A stretch of DNA of 41,989 nucleotides, taken from the IMG/VR virus record IMGVR_UViG_2778261105_000011. One strand, given 5' to 3'. The notes under the pieces were generated by a model. It searched no databases, was not told the origin of the DNA, and was given only the letters and a program-made list of their open reading frames with translations. The DNA is from a virus (taxonomy: Duplodnaviria > Heunggongvirae > Uroviricota > Caudoviricetes). Positions 1-8,124 of the stretch are shown piece by piece; positions within the stretch are counted from its first letter, which is position 1, and every line of letters starts with the position of its first letter. The translations under genes and the position numbers were made by a program.

Positions 1-1248
1 ATGGCACTGAATATTCCATTCAGAAATGCGTACTATCGTTTTGCATCCAGTTACTCATTTCTCTTTTTTATTTCCTGGTCGCTGTGGTGGTCGTTATACG
101 CTATTTGGCTGAAAGGACATCTAGGGTTGACAGGGACGGAATTAGGTACACTTTATTCGGTCAACCAGTTTACCAGCATTCTATTTATGATGTTCTACGG
201 CATCGTTCAGGATAAACTCGGTCTGAAGAAACCGCTCATCTGGTGTATGAGTTTCATCCTGGTCTTGACCGGACCGTTTATGATTTACGTTTATGAACCG
301 TTACTGCAAAGCAATTTTTCTGTAGGTCTAATTCTGGGGGCGCTATTTTTTGGCTTGGGGTATCTGGCGGGATGCGGTTTGCTTGATAGCTTCACCGAAA
401 AAATGGCGCGAAATTTTCATTTCGAATATGGAACAGCGCGCGCCTGGGGATCTTTTGGCTATGCTATTGGCGCGTTCTTTGCCGGCATATTTTTTAGTAT
501 CAGTCCCCATATCAACTTCTGGTTGGTCTCGCTATTTGGCGCTGTATTTATGATGATCAACATGCGTTTTAAAGATAAGGATCACCAGTGCGTAGCGGCA
601 GATGCGGGAGGGGTAAAAAAAGAGGATTTTATCGCAGTTTTCAAGGATCGAAACTTCTGGGTTTTCGTCATATTTATTGTGGGGACGTGGTCTTTCTATA
701 ACATTTTTGATCAACAACTTTTTCCTGTCTTTTATGCAGGTTTATTCGAATCACACGATGTAGGAACGCGCCTGTATGGTTATCTCAACTCATTCCAGGT
801 GGTACTCGAAGCGCTGTGCATGGCGATTATTCCTTTCTTTGTGAATCGGGTAGGGCCAAAAAATGCATTACTTATCGGAGTTGTGATTATGGCGTTGCGT
901 ATCCTTTCCTGCGCGCTGTTCGTTAACCCCTGGATTATTTCATTAGTGAAGTTGTTACATGCCATTGAGGTTCCACTTTGTGTCATATCCGTCTTCAAAT
1001 ACAGCGTGGCAAACTTTGATAAGCGCCTGTCGTCGACGATCTTTCTGATTGGTTTTCAAATTGCCAGTTCGCTTGGGATTGTGCTGCTTTCAACGCCGAC
1101 TGGGATACTCTTTGACCACGCAGGCTACCAGACAGTTTTCTTCGCAATTTCGGGTATTGTCTGCCTGATGTTGCTATTTGGCATTTTCTTCTTGAGTAAA
1201 AAACGCGAGCAAATAGTTATGGAAACGCCTGTACCTTCAGCAATATAG
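1..1248 (+). CDS. MFS transporter of the LacY / oligosaccharide:H+ symporter family (probably host gene flanking the prophage)
   Basis: 415 aa ORF starting with ATG at position 1; polytopic hydrophobic profile; overall similarity in length and motif layout to LacY-type permeases (for example the ...FDQQ..F... and GxxxGPxxNALLIG-like segments). Family call is from memory, not a search. Confidence 0.7.
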   Translation: MALNIPFRNAYYRFASSYSFLFFISWSLWWSLYAIWLKGHLGLTGTELGTLYSVNQFTSILFMMFYGIVQDKLGLKKPLIWCMSFILVLTGPFMIYVYEPLLQSNFSVGLILGALFFGLGYLAGCGLLDSFTEKMARNFHFEYGTARAWGSFGYAIGAFFAGIFFSISPHINFWLVSLFGAVFMMINMRFKDKDHQCVAADAGGVKKEDFIAVFKDRNFWVFVIFIVGTWSFYNIFDQQLFPVFYAGLFESHDVGTRLYGYLNSFQVVLEALCMAIIPFFVNRVGPKNALLIGVVIMALRILSCALFVNPWIISLVKLLHAIEVPLCVISVFKYSVANFDKRLSSTIFLIGFQIASSLGIVLLSTPTGILFDHAGYQTVFFAISGIVCLMLLFGIFFLSKKREQIVMETPVPSAI

Positions 1249-1271
1249 ACGTAAACTTTTTCCGGTTGTTG

Positions 1272-1307
1272 TCGATAGCTCTATATCCCTCAACCGGAAA
1301 ATAATAA
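1272..1307. terminator. Inverted repeat (CCGGTTG ... CAACCGG, 7 bp stem, long loop) just after the transporter stop
   Basis: Direct reading of sequence; no clean U-run on either strand, so terminator function is uncertain. Confidence 0.3.
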
Positions 1308-1777
1308 TAGTAAAATGCTTAGCCCTGCTAATAATCGCCTAATCCAAACGCCTCATTCATGTTCTGGTACAGTCGCTCAAATGTACTTCAGATGCGCGGT
1401 TCGCTGATTTCCAGGACATTGTCGTCATTCAGTGACCTGTCCCGTGTATCACGGTCCTGCGAATTCATCAAGGAATGCATTGCGGAGTGAAGTATCGAGT
1501 CACGCCATATTTCGCTATCAGGATTCTGTGTGATGGTTACATCGCCCGGCCCAGGGCTGTTTAGTCATCAGCGCTTTCTGACAGTGCTGAGATTTCAACC
1601 TGTTGCAGTAAAAATGAGTAGATATAAGGCAAGTGTGCTGCCAAACCCATCTTTTACGGGGTGAAGGTAGATTTCGTTTGAAGGGTATCTGGTGTCCCCT
1701 GCAGACATCTACTTGAGGCGGCAGGGGATTGATTGGAATGGTGTTTTTTAGATGTGAGAAATATTTTACCCGCTATT

Positions 1778-1978
1778 TTACCCATTAGCGCGGCTTAAGA
1801 GCTTATTTTTGAATTCACAATGGTCACGATATAACCATCGTGCTCGCCCGTGGATAACTTTGGCTTTTGGCAGGTCGCCGGACTTAATCCGGTCGTAGAT
1901 GAAGGTTTTACCAAAGCCAGTATCGGCCATGATGAATTTCAAATCAACCAGTGAATCAGGCTGTAGTTCGTGTTGCAT
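1778..1978 (-). CDS. AlpA-family phage regulatory / excisionase-like protein (likely Xis of this prophage)
   Basis: 66 aa; ATG start; motif pattern ...GFGKTFIYDRIKSGDLPKAKVIHGRARW... fits the AlpA/Xis helix-turn-helix family (TIY..I..G.FPKP...G.R...W). Last gene of the leftward operon. Confidence 0.6.
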   Translation of the reverse strand: MQHELQPDSLVDLKFIMADTGFGKTFIYDRIKSGDLPKAKVIHGRARWLYRDHCEFKNKLLSRANG

Positions 1979-2031
1979 GAGTGCTATCTCCGAATAGGGA
2001 ATCGAACCTGCAAATCAGGTAATAAAAAACC

Positions 2032-2052
2032 GCCATCAGGCGGCTTGGTGTT
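2032..2052 (-). terminator. Rho-independent terminator on minus strand (GCCGCC-TGAT-GGCGG then T6)
   Basis: Hairpin plus U-run read directly from the reverse complement of 2032-2052; lies between the zinc-ribbon gene and the AlpA-like gene. Confidence 0.55.
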
Positions 2053-2109
2053 CTTTCAGTTCTTCAATTCGAATATTGGTTACATTGTTTTAATATATGA
2101 ATAAATAAA

Positions 2110-2289
2110 TTAGCTTTTTTCGTTGCCTTCGCGTTCTTTATTAATTTTAACAAACTCGTTTTTACCACGCTCTCCAAATGCGTCTTTAGAGTCGTTGTAT
2201 CCGCAATCGCAGCACACATAATCACCAGACCATCCACGCATTGTTTTTTCTTTTGCAATATTTCCAGAACCGCATTTTGGACAAGACAT
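2110..2289 (-). CDS. Small zinc-ribbon protein (CPKCG ... CCDCG), hypothetical
   Basis: 59 aa from the internal ATG at 2289, which is preceded by a GGAGG Shine-Dalgarno; two CxxC pairs. The track ORF 2110..2322 is the N-terminally extended version. Confidence 0.5.
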   Translation of the reverse strand: MSCPKCGSGNIAKEKTMRGWSGDYVCCDCGYNDSKDAFGERGKNEFVKINKEREGNEKS

Positions 2290-2385
2290 ATCACTACCTC
2301 CAAAGCATGAGTGAGATGACAACGTAACATTGATTGGAGATTAACAATAGATTGCTGATGTAAAAGATATGTATAAGCTTCGCTT

Positions 2386-3000
2386 TCAAAGTGGAGGATC
2401 TGGTAGCGGCATCCAGTGTGACGGCTCACATACCCCTTCAACACCATTCATGTAAAAGAATTGAAATAACCCTTTACCTTTGTGAAACCCTACCATCTGC
2501 TCTTTTGTGTCTGAGCAATAAACCAAAACATCTTCTTCGTTTGGCATTCGCTCACTACAGCTTATCCAACCATCCGGAGTTACCGGATAGTTGCCGGGTT
2601 CTTTAATGTGCAAGCGAGGCTCACCATCTTTTGGCTCAGGCCACTGGCGCTCCATGTTGATCTTCAATTTATCTTCCATAGCAGCGGTAATTTCAGCATC
2701 GCTGATGCCAGCACGGCGCTGTGCATCCCACAACAGAAACTGCATATCAGCCCACTCGCTAAGATCGTCTGGTTCGGCTGCGGCTTCCAGTGCCTCTTTT
2801 GAGAGATGTTTCAGCTGACCAATGGGGCCAACGCAGCCAAATGTGGAGTCAGACCATTTGGCATGCTCGTGGCGAATCTGTTCGCGTTCCAGTGATGCCA
2901 GTGCAATTCGTGCCAGTTCCATTTGTTCGCCACGGGTAAGCCCGTTATCAAGCGGATTTTTAATGAATAATTCGATACGTTCTTTGGTTATAGCGCTCAT
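2386..3000 (-). CDS. Hypothetical early protein, C-terminal DUF551-like region
   Basis: Start ATG at 3000 preceded by AGGAGAG; C-terminal W..C.ERMP...VLVY...HWMPLP pattern typical of a phage early-protein domain. Track ORF 2386..3030. Confidence 0.45.
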   Translation of the reverse strand: MSAITKERIELFIKNPLDNGLTRGEQMELARIALASLEREQIRHEHAKWSDSTFGCVGPIGQLKHLSKEALEAAAEPDDLSEWADMQFLLWDAQRRAGISDAEITAAMEDKLKINMERQWPEPKDGEPRLHIKEPGNYPVTPDGWISCSERMPNEEDVLVYCSDTKEQMVGFHKGKGLFQFFYMNGVEGVCEPSHWMPLPDPPL

Positions 3001-3001
3001 A

Positions 3002-3838
3002 TCACTCTCCTTTGATGCGAATGCCAGCAAGCCAGTTTCTTATGCCGATATATTCAGCGTTCCTGAAACCGCTTTTTACATATATAAATGGCAAGCGAAG
3101 ATTGTGACCATTGGCTGCCAGGTAGTCTTTACAACCCTGTTCGGTGAAACAGCAGGTAACGAATTCATCAATATCTTTCACAGCAACGCGCCGCCATTTT
3201 TCTGGTGGCTCTCGAAAGTTTTCGTGAAGTAGTTCGAGACGACGACTTTGGCGTTTATTGGCTTCATTGCCATCTTCATCAACCCAGACAATCCGGTCAT
3301 AGTCATAATCAGCATCAACAACGATTTCGCGCTTTTGATACACACAAAACATGGGATCTGACGTTATTCGATTGTCCTGTGTCCGAATATTTTCACCGAT
3401 GATGCCAAACGAATCTGGTGCAGATTTTGTCTGCATCTCTCCGATACGTTCAGCCATCGCAGCACACTCTTCAAAGTTGCTTAATGCTTTTCGCTCCCAT
3501 TCAGCGCATTGTTTTTCCAGTTCTGCAATGCGCTTACCTCCATCCGCGATTACTCCATCGTAATACTCACGCTGCTCGTTGAGTTTTGATTTTGCTGCTT
3601 CAAGCTCAACACGCAGCTTCCCTACCGTTAGCGCAATTTCCTCGTTCTCCTGGTCGCGGGATTTGATGTATTGCTGGTTTCTTTCCCGTTCATCCAGCAG
3701 CGCCAGCACAATGTGTGGCGTTATCAGGGACTCAAATTCGGCAACAGCTTGCTCGCCTCGCTTGTAATTCTTAATCCCACCTAAATCTTTCGCGTTCTGC
3801 GCCGCCTCACGCAGTGCCTGATAGTTTATTTTGGTCAT
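3002..3838 (-). CDS. Hypothetical early protein with central coiled coil (Ead/Ea22-like)
   Basis: 278 aa ORF in the leftward operon, abutting neighbours with 1-2 bp spacing; family name is a guess from memory. Confidence 0.4.
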   Translation of the reverse strand: MTKINYQALREAAQNAKDLGGIKNYKRGEQAVAEFESLITPHIVLALLDERERNQQYIKSRDQENEEIALTVGKLRVELEAAKSKLNEQREYYDGVIADGGKRIAELEKQCAEWERKALSNFEECAAMAERIGEMQTKSAPDSFGIIGENIRTQDNRITSDPMFCVYQKREIVVDADYDYDRIVWVDEDGNEANKRQSRRLELLHENFREPPEKWRRVAVKDIDEFVTCCFTEQGCKDYLAANGHNLRLPFIYVKSGFRNAEYIGIRNWLAGIRIKGE

Positions 3839-3839
3839 A

Positions 3840-4139
3840 TCACATCACCCTGAAGCCGTTGCATTTACGTAAAAAATCGCAGATATAGCCCTTCATTTTT
3901 TCATGCCAATCTCGATCATTCCCATTGCACCAACCATCAGGTGGAGTCCAGTTTTCTATCAGAGCAGCCATTTTCTTTGCTTTCGCCGGAGTAGCTGTTG
4001 CGGTATCGCAGTAATGACGAGTGTCAACCAACGCATCCATACCATCGATATCAAGTACGCAAAACCATGTGTGATTCGGAATTCCTACAGGTGGTATTTG
4101 TTGCCCACGTCGACGTTTATCAATAAGATATACACTCAC
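3840..4139 (-). CDS. Hypothetical early protein
   Basis: Likely GTG start at 4139 preceded by AAGGAGG; 4 bp overlap with the stop of the upstream gene. Track ORF 3840..4160. Confidence 0.35.
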   Translation of the reverse strand: MSVYLIDKRRRGQQIPPVGIPNHTWFCVLDIDGMDALVDTRHYCDTATATPAKAKKMAALIENWTPPDGWCNGNDRDWHEKMKGYICDFLRKCNGFRVM

Positions 4140-4303
4140 TGCTTGCCTCCTTTGCGCCACATCGCATTCAGATATTTGTTTTGATTTACTGACGGAAAAG
4201 AATTTCTCTTAAGCAATTCCTCTCTCGATGGCATTGGCTTTACGCGTTGGCGAATAATCATTTCTGCCGGAAGAATGCCGGGATTGTATGCAAGTCCTCT
4301 CAT
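4136..4303 (-). CDS. Hypothetical small protein
   Basis: ATG at 4303 preceded by GAGGAA; track ORF 4136..4336 is the extended form. Confidence 0.3.
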   Translation of the reverse strand: MRGLAYNPGILPAEMIIRQRVKPMPSREELLKRNSFPSVNQNKYLNAMWRKGGKQ

Positions 4304-4313
4304 GGTAAATTCC

Positions 4314-4610
4314 TCAGTCATTACTGATAGCGCCATAGCGTGAGCGGTAATTACGCAGGCGCGGGTCGATATATTCAGGGAAGTGGGTATATATGGCTTT
4401 GCGGAATGGTCGGATTGATGTTTCGTTTATTCGGTCTTTTTCCTGTTTTTCTGCGAGTTGTATATCGCGTCGGTACTTCCGTTCTGCTTTTGTTTCTGGT
4501 GGCAGAGCAAGAAACGCGTCGAGATTATTCTTGATATTTTCCAGCACCTCCGATACGGAATTGCCGGAACAGCGGCGCGCGTCATCCGCACCATACAGAG
4601 GCGCTGGCAT
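4314..4610 (-). CDS. Hypothetical early protein (98 aa), in the position occupied by Abc-type genes in P22
   Basis: ATG at 4610 with AAGGA Shine-Dalgarno; operon position next to erf/SSB-like gene. Function not recognised. Confidence 0.4.
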   Translation of the reverse strand: MPAPLYGADDARRCSGNSVSEVLENIKNNLDAFLALPPETKAERKYRRDIQLAEKQEKDRINETSIRPFRKAIYTHFPEYIDPRLRNYRSRYGAISND

Positions 4611-4633
4611 AATGGAATCCTTATTTTGCTAAT

Positions 4634-5017
4634 TTAGAAGGGAATTGAATCGTCGTATTCAGGATTATTTTGATGATTGCTACTTTGCTGCTGTTGGCTG
4701 TTTCCTGAAGTTGCAAATCCAATCTTTGCATTCAGTAATTCAAGAGTGATTGATTGACCATTTTGCCCCTGATAAACATCAACCCTGATGTTTTCTCCGG
4801 TAATTTCCACAATGCCACCTTCAACAAGAACACTACGGTAGTAATCCGCTTGCGCTCCCGGCTTGGCAAATACAACGGCGCTGTAGTTTGTCCATTCTTT
4901 CTTTTTTGTCTGGCGATCGTAATACTGAACGCCAGCACGGATGTTGAATCCGATATTTTCCCCGGCCTGAAACTCTCTTGCGGGCTTGTTTAGTCTTACA
5001 GTAATCGAATGTGCCAT
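4634..5017 (-). CDS. SSB-like single-strand DNA-binding protein with acidic C-terminal tail (ends ...EYDDSIPF)
   Basis: 127 aa; AAGGAG Shine-Dalgarno; start overlaps the erf stop (TAATG); C-terminus resembles the SSB DDDIPF tail; Q/N-rich linker before the tail. Confidence 0.55.
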   Translation of the reverse strand: MAHSITVRLNKPAREFQAGENIGFNIRAGVQYYDRQTKKKEWTNYSAVVFAKPGAQADYYRSVLVEGGIVEITGENIRVDVYQGQNGQSITLELLNAKIGFATSGNSQQQQSSNHQNNPEYDDSIPF

Positions 5018-5622
5018 TAAGCAGCCGCTCCTTCTAATTCGTCTCGTCTGATGTTGTAAACGTCCTGCGCTTTGTGCTGCTCAGGTGTGCCTTCGAGCAT
5101 CTTCCACGCTTTGGCGAACGCCTGTTTAAGCTCTTCTACGGTGTTTTTCTGCATTGCTGCGTCAGTGAATGCCTTTAAAACCTGTTCAGGTGTAGGTGAT
5201 GGCTTTGATTGCTTTGCTGCTGCGTTCTGCTGATGTTTATGCTCGTCTGTATCTGCATCTTTCGCATCATCTATGCCGAACAAACCATTGAGGCAATACT
5301 TGCGTGCATAAGAGCTTGTAGCTCCAGTAACTTGTGCAGAATCCATTCCTTTCTTGCTTTCTTCCTCTCGTGCAAGGGCGGTTGCCGTATGACTGTTTTC
5401 GCCATCGGTAATAGTTGCCGTGGCTTTCACGTAATACCGATCACCAATCAACACAACTTCATCGCTGATTGATAAAAACAGGCCATTCAGTAGCGGCTTA
5501 ACGCCTTCAAGAATGTCTTCGCAGCTTCTGTATTTATATTTTCCGAATGAGTTGTACTGATTCTTTGGCGCGTTCAGATTCTCCTGAATGGCTGCCAGTC
5601 TTGCGTAAAATTCTTTGCTCAT
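5017..5622 (-). CDS. erf: Erf single-strand annealing recombinase (P22 Erf homolog)
   Basis: Translation MSKEFYARLAAIQENLNAPKNQYNSFGKYKYRSCEDILEGVKPLL... closely matches remembered P22 Erf; start taken at the internal ATG (5622) of track ORF 5017..5652. Confidence 0.85.
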   Translation of the reverse strand: MSKEFYARLAAIQENLNAPKNQYNSFGKYKYRSCEDILEGVKPLLNGLFLSISDEVVLIGDRYYVKATATITDGENSHTATALAREEESKKGMDSAQVTGATSSYARKYCLNGLFGIDDAKDADTDEHKHQQNAAAKQSKPSPTPEQVLKAFTDAAMQKNTVEELKQAFAKAWKMLEGTPEQHKAQDVYNIRRDELEGAAA

Positions 5623-5631
5623 ATGATTGTT

Positions 5632-5802
5632 CTCAGAATGGACATGGCCCAAGGAAATAACGCTGATTTAATACTTCAGTCTTTGCCGCATTTAAAAATA
5701 CGCGAACACCTTCACGATCTCCCTTCTGGCGATACATTAACGCCTGCTGCGTGTACATGCGTCTCTGTAACTTGCTCTCCTTCACTGTGGTTGCAAGTGA
5801 CA
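5632..5802 (-). CDS. Small ORF (56 aa) upstream of erf, Arf/Kil-position small protein
   Basis: ATG at 5802 preceded by GAAGGAGAT; not in the supplied track (<60 aa). Overlaps the alternative ORF 5712..5882 out of frame, so only one of the two is likely real. Confidence 0.3.
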
Positions 5803-5882
5803 TGAATATCTCCTTCGTTACCGATTAATTCTTTCATCTGACGAATGAATTCTTCGTCTGACCAGTTATCTGTAAAACTCAT
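5712..5882 (-). CDS. Small ORF (56 aa from the internal ATG), alternative to 5632..5802
   Basis: ATG overlaps the stop of the kil-like ORF (ATGA); track ORF 5712..5897 is the extended form. Confidence 0.25.
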   Translation of the reverse strand: MSFTDNWSDEEFIRQMKELIGNEGDIHVTCNHSEGEQVTETHVHAAGVNVSPEGRS

Positions 5883-6031
5883 TTCCTGCGATACCACGGA
5901 AGATTGATAGCTGATTTCATCGCTTTATTTGCTTCAAGCCACATTTTGGAATCACCAATAAATCTGGCTATTACTGCTTTGTTCTGTGCAGCACGAAGCA
6001 TCTGGTGATTGATGGCTATTTCATTGCGCAT
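5879..6031 (-). CDS. Kil-like small early protein (50 aa)
   Basis: ORF MRNEIAINHQMLRAAQNKAVIARF... directly downstream of cIII, with coupled start/stop overlaps on both sides; assignment is by position only. Confidence 0.3.
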   Translation of the reverse strand: MRNEIAINHQMLRAAQNKAVIARFIGDSKMWLEANKAMKSAINLPWYRRK

Positions 6032-6147
6032 AATAAGACCTCAACTCTTTTCCATCCGTCACGTAATTTACGGGTGATTCGTTCAAGTAAAGATTCATTT
6101 AATTGGAAGGCACCCATGCGAGCGCCTCCCGCGATTGCGTAAATCAT
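6016..6147 (-). CDS. cIII: CIII-like protein (FtsH inhibitor, lysogeny establishment)
   Basis: 43 aa ORF MIYAIAGGARMGAFQLNESLLERITRKLRDGWKRVEVLLCAMK; the ESLLERITRKLRDGWKR core matches lambda CIII. Not in the supplied track. Confidence 0.6.
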   Translation of the reverse strand: MIYAIAGGARMGAFQLNESLLERITRKLRDGWKRVEVLLCAMK

Positions 6148-6171
6148 GGGTGGTTCCTTATGTTGGTTTTA

Positions 6172-7140
6172 TTAGTAGGTTATTTTTGTTGCGAATACTT
6201 CGCCTTTTACGATGGCTGTTATGATATTTTTAGCAACATCTTCTGATGCGCCAACCTTGATAAGGTCAGCAAGTATTTTGTTATTTACTTCTTTCCGGTG
6301 AGCTTTATCCTTTGCTCTACGCTCTTCTTCGTCCTTGATTCTTTTTTCTTCTGCTATTCTGGCTTGCTCTTTTGCTTCAGCCTCACGACGGATTCGTTCA
6401 GCCTCCTCCTGTGCTTTTCTGCGTTCTGCTTCAATTGCTGCCTGCTTTTCTCTTTCAGCTCGTTCTGCTGCCTCTTTTGCTTCGCGCTGTGCTCGTTGCT
6501 CGGCTTCAATGCGTTCACGCTCTGCACGTTCCGCTGCGGCCTTAGCTTCTGCTTCTCGCCTTGCTGCTGCTTCAATTTCGGCTTTTGCCTTTGCTTCGGC
6601 TTCTGCTCTGGCTTTCTCTTCAGCTTCTCTTTTTAAGCGTTCTTCATGCTCTCGCTTTTCCTGCTCCGCTTTGAGTCTTGCCTCTTCTCTTTGGCGGTCA
6701 AATTCGCGATCCATCAAAATCGCTATTTCATGGTCAGACTCAATTTGCTTTGCGAGAGCTTCAGCTGCTGCCTTAGCTTCTTCTTCGGCTTTAATCCGCG
6801 CCTGTTCTTCCTCATAATCAGTAAGAGGCTGGCGTACCTTGGCTTTCAGCTCATCAAGGCGATCACGCACTGTCTTGCGGTTGGCATCAATTAGCTTTGG
6901 AATTTCCTTCAGTTCAGCAACAAGGTCTTTGCCAAGACCATCGAGATATGTTTTCGTCTGCGCAACTTTATACGCCAGAGAAGCGATCTCCTTTCTGCCC
7001 TTTGCCGTTGCGATATCAGGCACAAAGGACATAACTTCACGTTCAACCTTTTGAAGGATTTCTTCAATCTGGTCGGCAGACTGAAATACAGTCATTGCAT
7101 TTGCTTTTTCAATAACAACTAAATCTGTTACTTCACTCAT
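6172..7140 (-). CDS. Hypothetical protein with very long E/R/K/A-rich predicted single alpha-helix / coiled-coil segment
   Basis: Start ATG at 7140 preceded by GGAGGA; about 150 aa of KAEEEAKAAAE / RREAEAK-type repeats; plus-strand ORFs 6298..6894 are low-complexity shadows of this gene. Confidence 0.5.
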   Translation of the reverse strand: MSEVTDLVVIEKANAMTVFQSADQIEEILQKVEREVMSFVPDIATAKGRKEIASLAYKVAQTKTYLDGLGKDLVAELKEIPKLIDANRKTVRDRLDELKAKVRQPLTDYEEEQARIKAEEEAKAAAEALAKQIESDHEIAILMDREFDRQREEARLKAEQEKREHEERLKREAEEKARAEAEAKAKAEIEAAARREAEAKAAAERAERERIEAEQRAQREAKEAAERAEREKQAAIEAERRKAQEEAERIRREAEAKEQARIAEEKRIKDEEERRAKDKAHRKEVNNKILADLIKVGASEDVAKNIITAIVKGEVFATKITY

Positions 7141-7152
7141 ATATCCTCCGTC

Positions 7153-7179
7153 AAAAAAATTGCCCTCACACTGGAGGGC
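7153..7179 (-). terminator. Rho-independent terminator on minus strand (GCCCTC-CAGTGT-GAGGGC then AATTTTTTT)
   Basis: Read from the reverse complement; sits between the 3-gene cassette and the coiled-coil gene. Confidence 0.55.
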
Positions 7180-7283
7180 GAAGAAGATTTCCAATAATCA
7201 GAACAAGTCGGCTCCTGTTTAGTTACGAGCGACATTGCTCCGTGTATTCACTCGTTGGAATGAATACACAGTGCTTATTCGTA

Positions 7284-7754
7284 CTAATAAAATACCCAAT
7301 TTTCTGTTTCTTGGTTGTGTCCAAAGTTATATTCAATATCTGGTGTTGATGTATCAATATTCTTCATCCCATCAACAAGAGTTGATACAACAGCCAAATC
7401 TTGTTTGATTCTCATTAAATGGTATTTCTTCCGGCGCAATAAACTCTCAATGGCAAGTTTCTTCGTTGGGAATGCAAAAGATCTTTCTGCATTTTTTGCT
7501 ACTTTCTTAATTGCATATCTATTTCTCCTTTGTTTCCATTCCTGTAACCACTGATTTGGTGCTGGTTTAAAATTAACAATCCAATGCGCAGGAACCAACC
7601 ATGCATAATGCTCTGTCTGATGAAAAGCTATATATTGAAGTGCGAATATTTTGATTCCATCTTCTTCAACTGTCGCTTGGAATCTCCAGAAAACAGGCAT
7701 TCCCTCATGTTCAGTTTCTGATTCAGGAAAAGGTACGCTCCATGATTTTGTCAT
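7284..7754 (-). CDS. Hypothetical protein (156 aa), third gene of cassette downstream of N
   Basis: ORF with ATG start, tightly spaced after the stop of the upstream gene; AT-rich codon usage relative to neighbours; no recognised domain. Confidence 0.5.
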   Translation of the reverse strand: MTKSWSVPFPESETEHEGMPVFWRFQATVEEDGIKIFALQYIAFHQTEHYAWLVPAHWIVNFKPAPNQWLQEWKQRRNRYAIKKVAKNAERSFAFPTKKLAIESLLRRKKYHLMRIKQDLAVVSTLVDGMKNIDTSTPDIEYNFGHNQETENWVFY

Positions 7755-7757
7755 ATA

Positions 7758-8087
7758 TTACTCATCTCCAAGGGCTTTGCTGATTGCTGACTGTGCTTTC
7801 GATACTTCATCAGGATAATGGTCATTCCAGTTTTGCTTGTATGCCTTGTTTAGCATTGCTTGCAGGGCATTTAAAAGGTCTGGTGCTGCCGCTATTAGAT
7901 GGGCATTAGCGATTGTTTTATCGAAAGAAGTCTGATTGCATCCTCCAATTATTGAAGGAGTGCTCTGGAGATATGCAATTTCATGCAGTGACTCAGATGA
8001 ATTAATTTCTATGCAAGCCACGCTTGCGTCACTTGCGCTGCTGTGAGAAAAACTCCATTTACCAGGAGTACCATTAAACTCTTTCAT
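7758..8087 (-). CDS. Hypothetical protein (109 aa), second gene of cassette downstream of N
   Basis: ATG at 8087 preceded by GAGGTG; the track start at 8093 is a GTG codon. Confidence 0.5.
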   Translation of the reverse strand: MKEFNGTPGKWSFSHSSASDASVACIEINSSESLHEIAYLQSTPSIIGGCNQTSFDKTIANAHLIAAAPDLLNALQAMLNKAYKQNWNDHYPDEVSKAQSAISKALGDE

Positions 8088-8124
8088 CTTCACCTCTGTT
8101 GTTTATGCCAAAAATAAAGGCCGA

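Noticed and set aside
350-998. ORFs 350..553 (+), 532..717 (-) and 780..998 (-) overlapping the transporter gene
   Set aside because: Alternative-frame or antisense ORFs wholly inside a well-supported 415 aa membrane transporter ORF.
1983-2003. tRNA-like T-loop string (GGTTCGATTCC on the minus strand)
   Set aside because: Flanking bases do not form a T-stem or acceptor stem and no cloverleaf can be drawn; it is at most a short remnant or coincidence, not a tRNA gene.
2064-2447. 127 aa minus-strand ORF overlapping the zinc-ribbon gene
   Set aside because: Alternative frame overlapping two better-supported genes (2110-2289 and 2386-3000); no Shine-Dalgarno and an implausible composition.
6298-6894. 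Plus-strand ORFs rich in S/A/C/F/L
   Set aside because: Antisense shadow ORFs produced by the low-complexity E/R/K/A repeat of the minus-strand coiled-coil gene.
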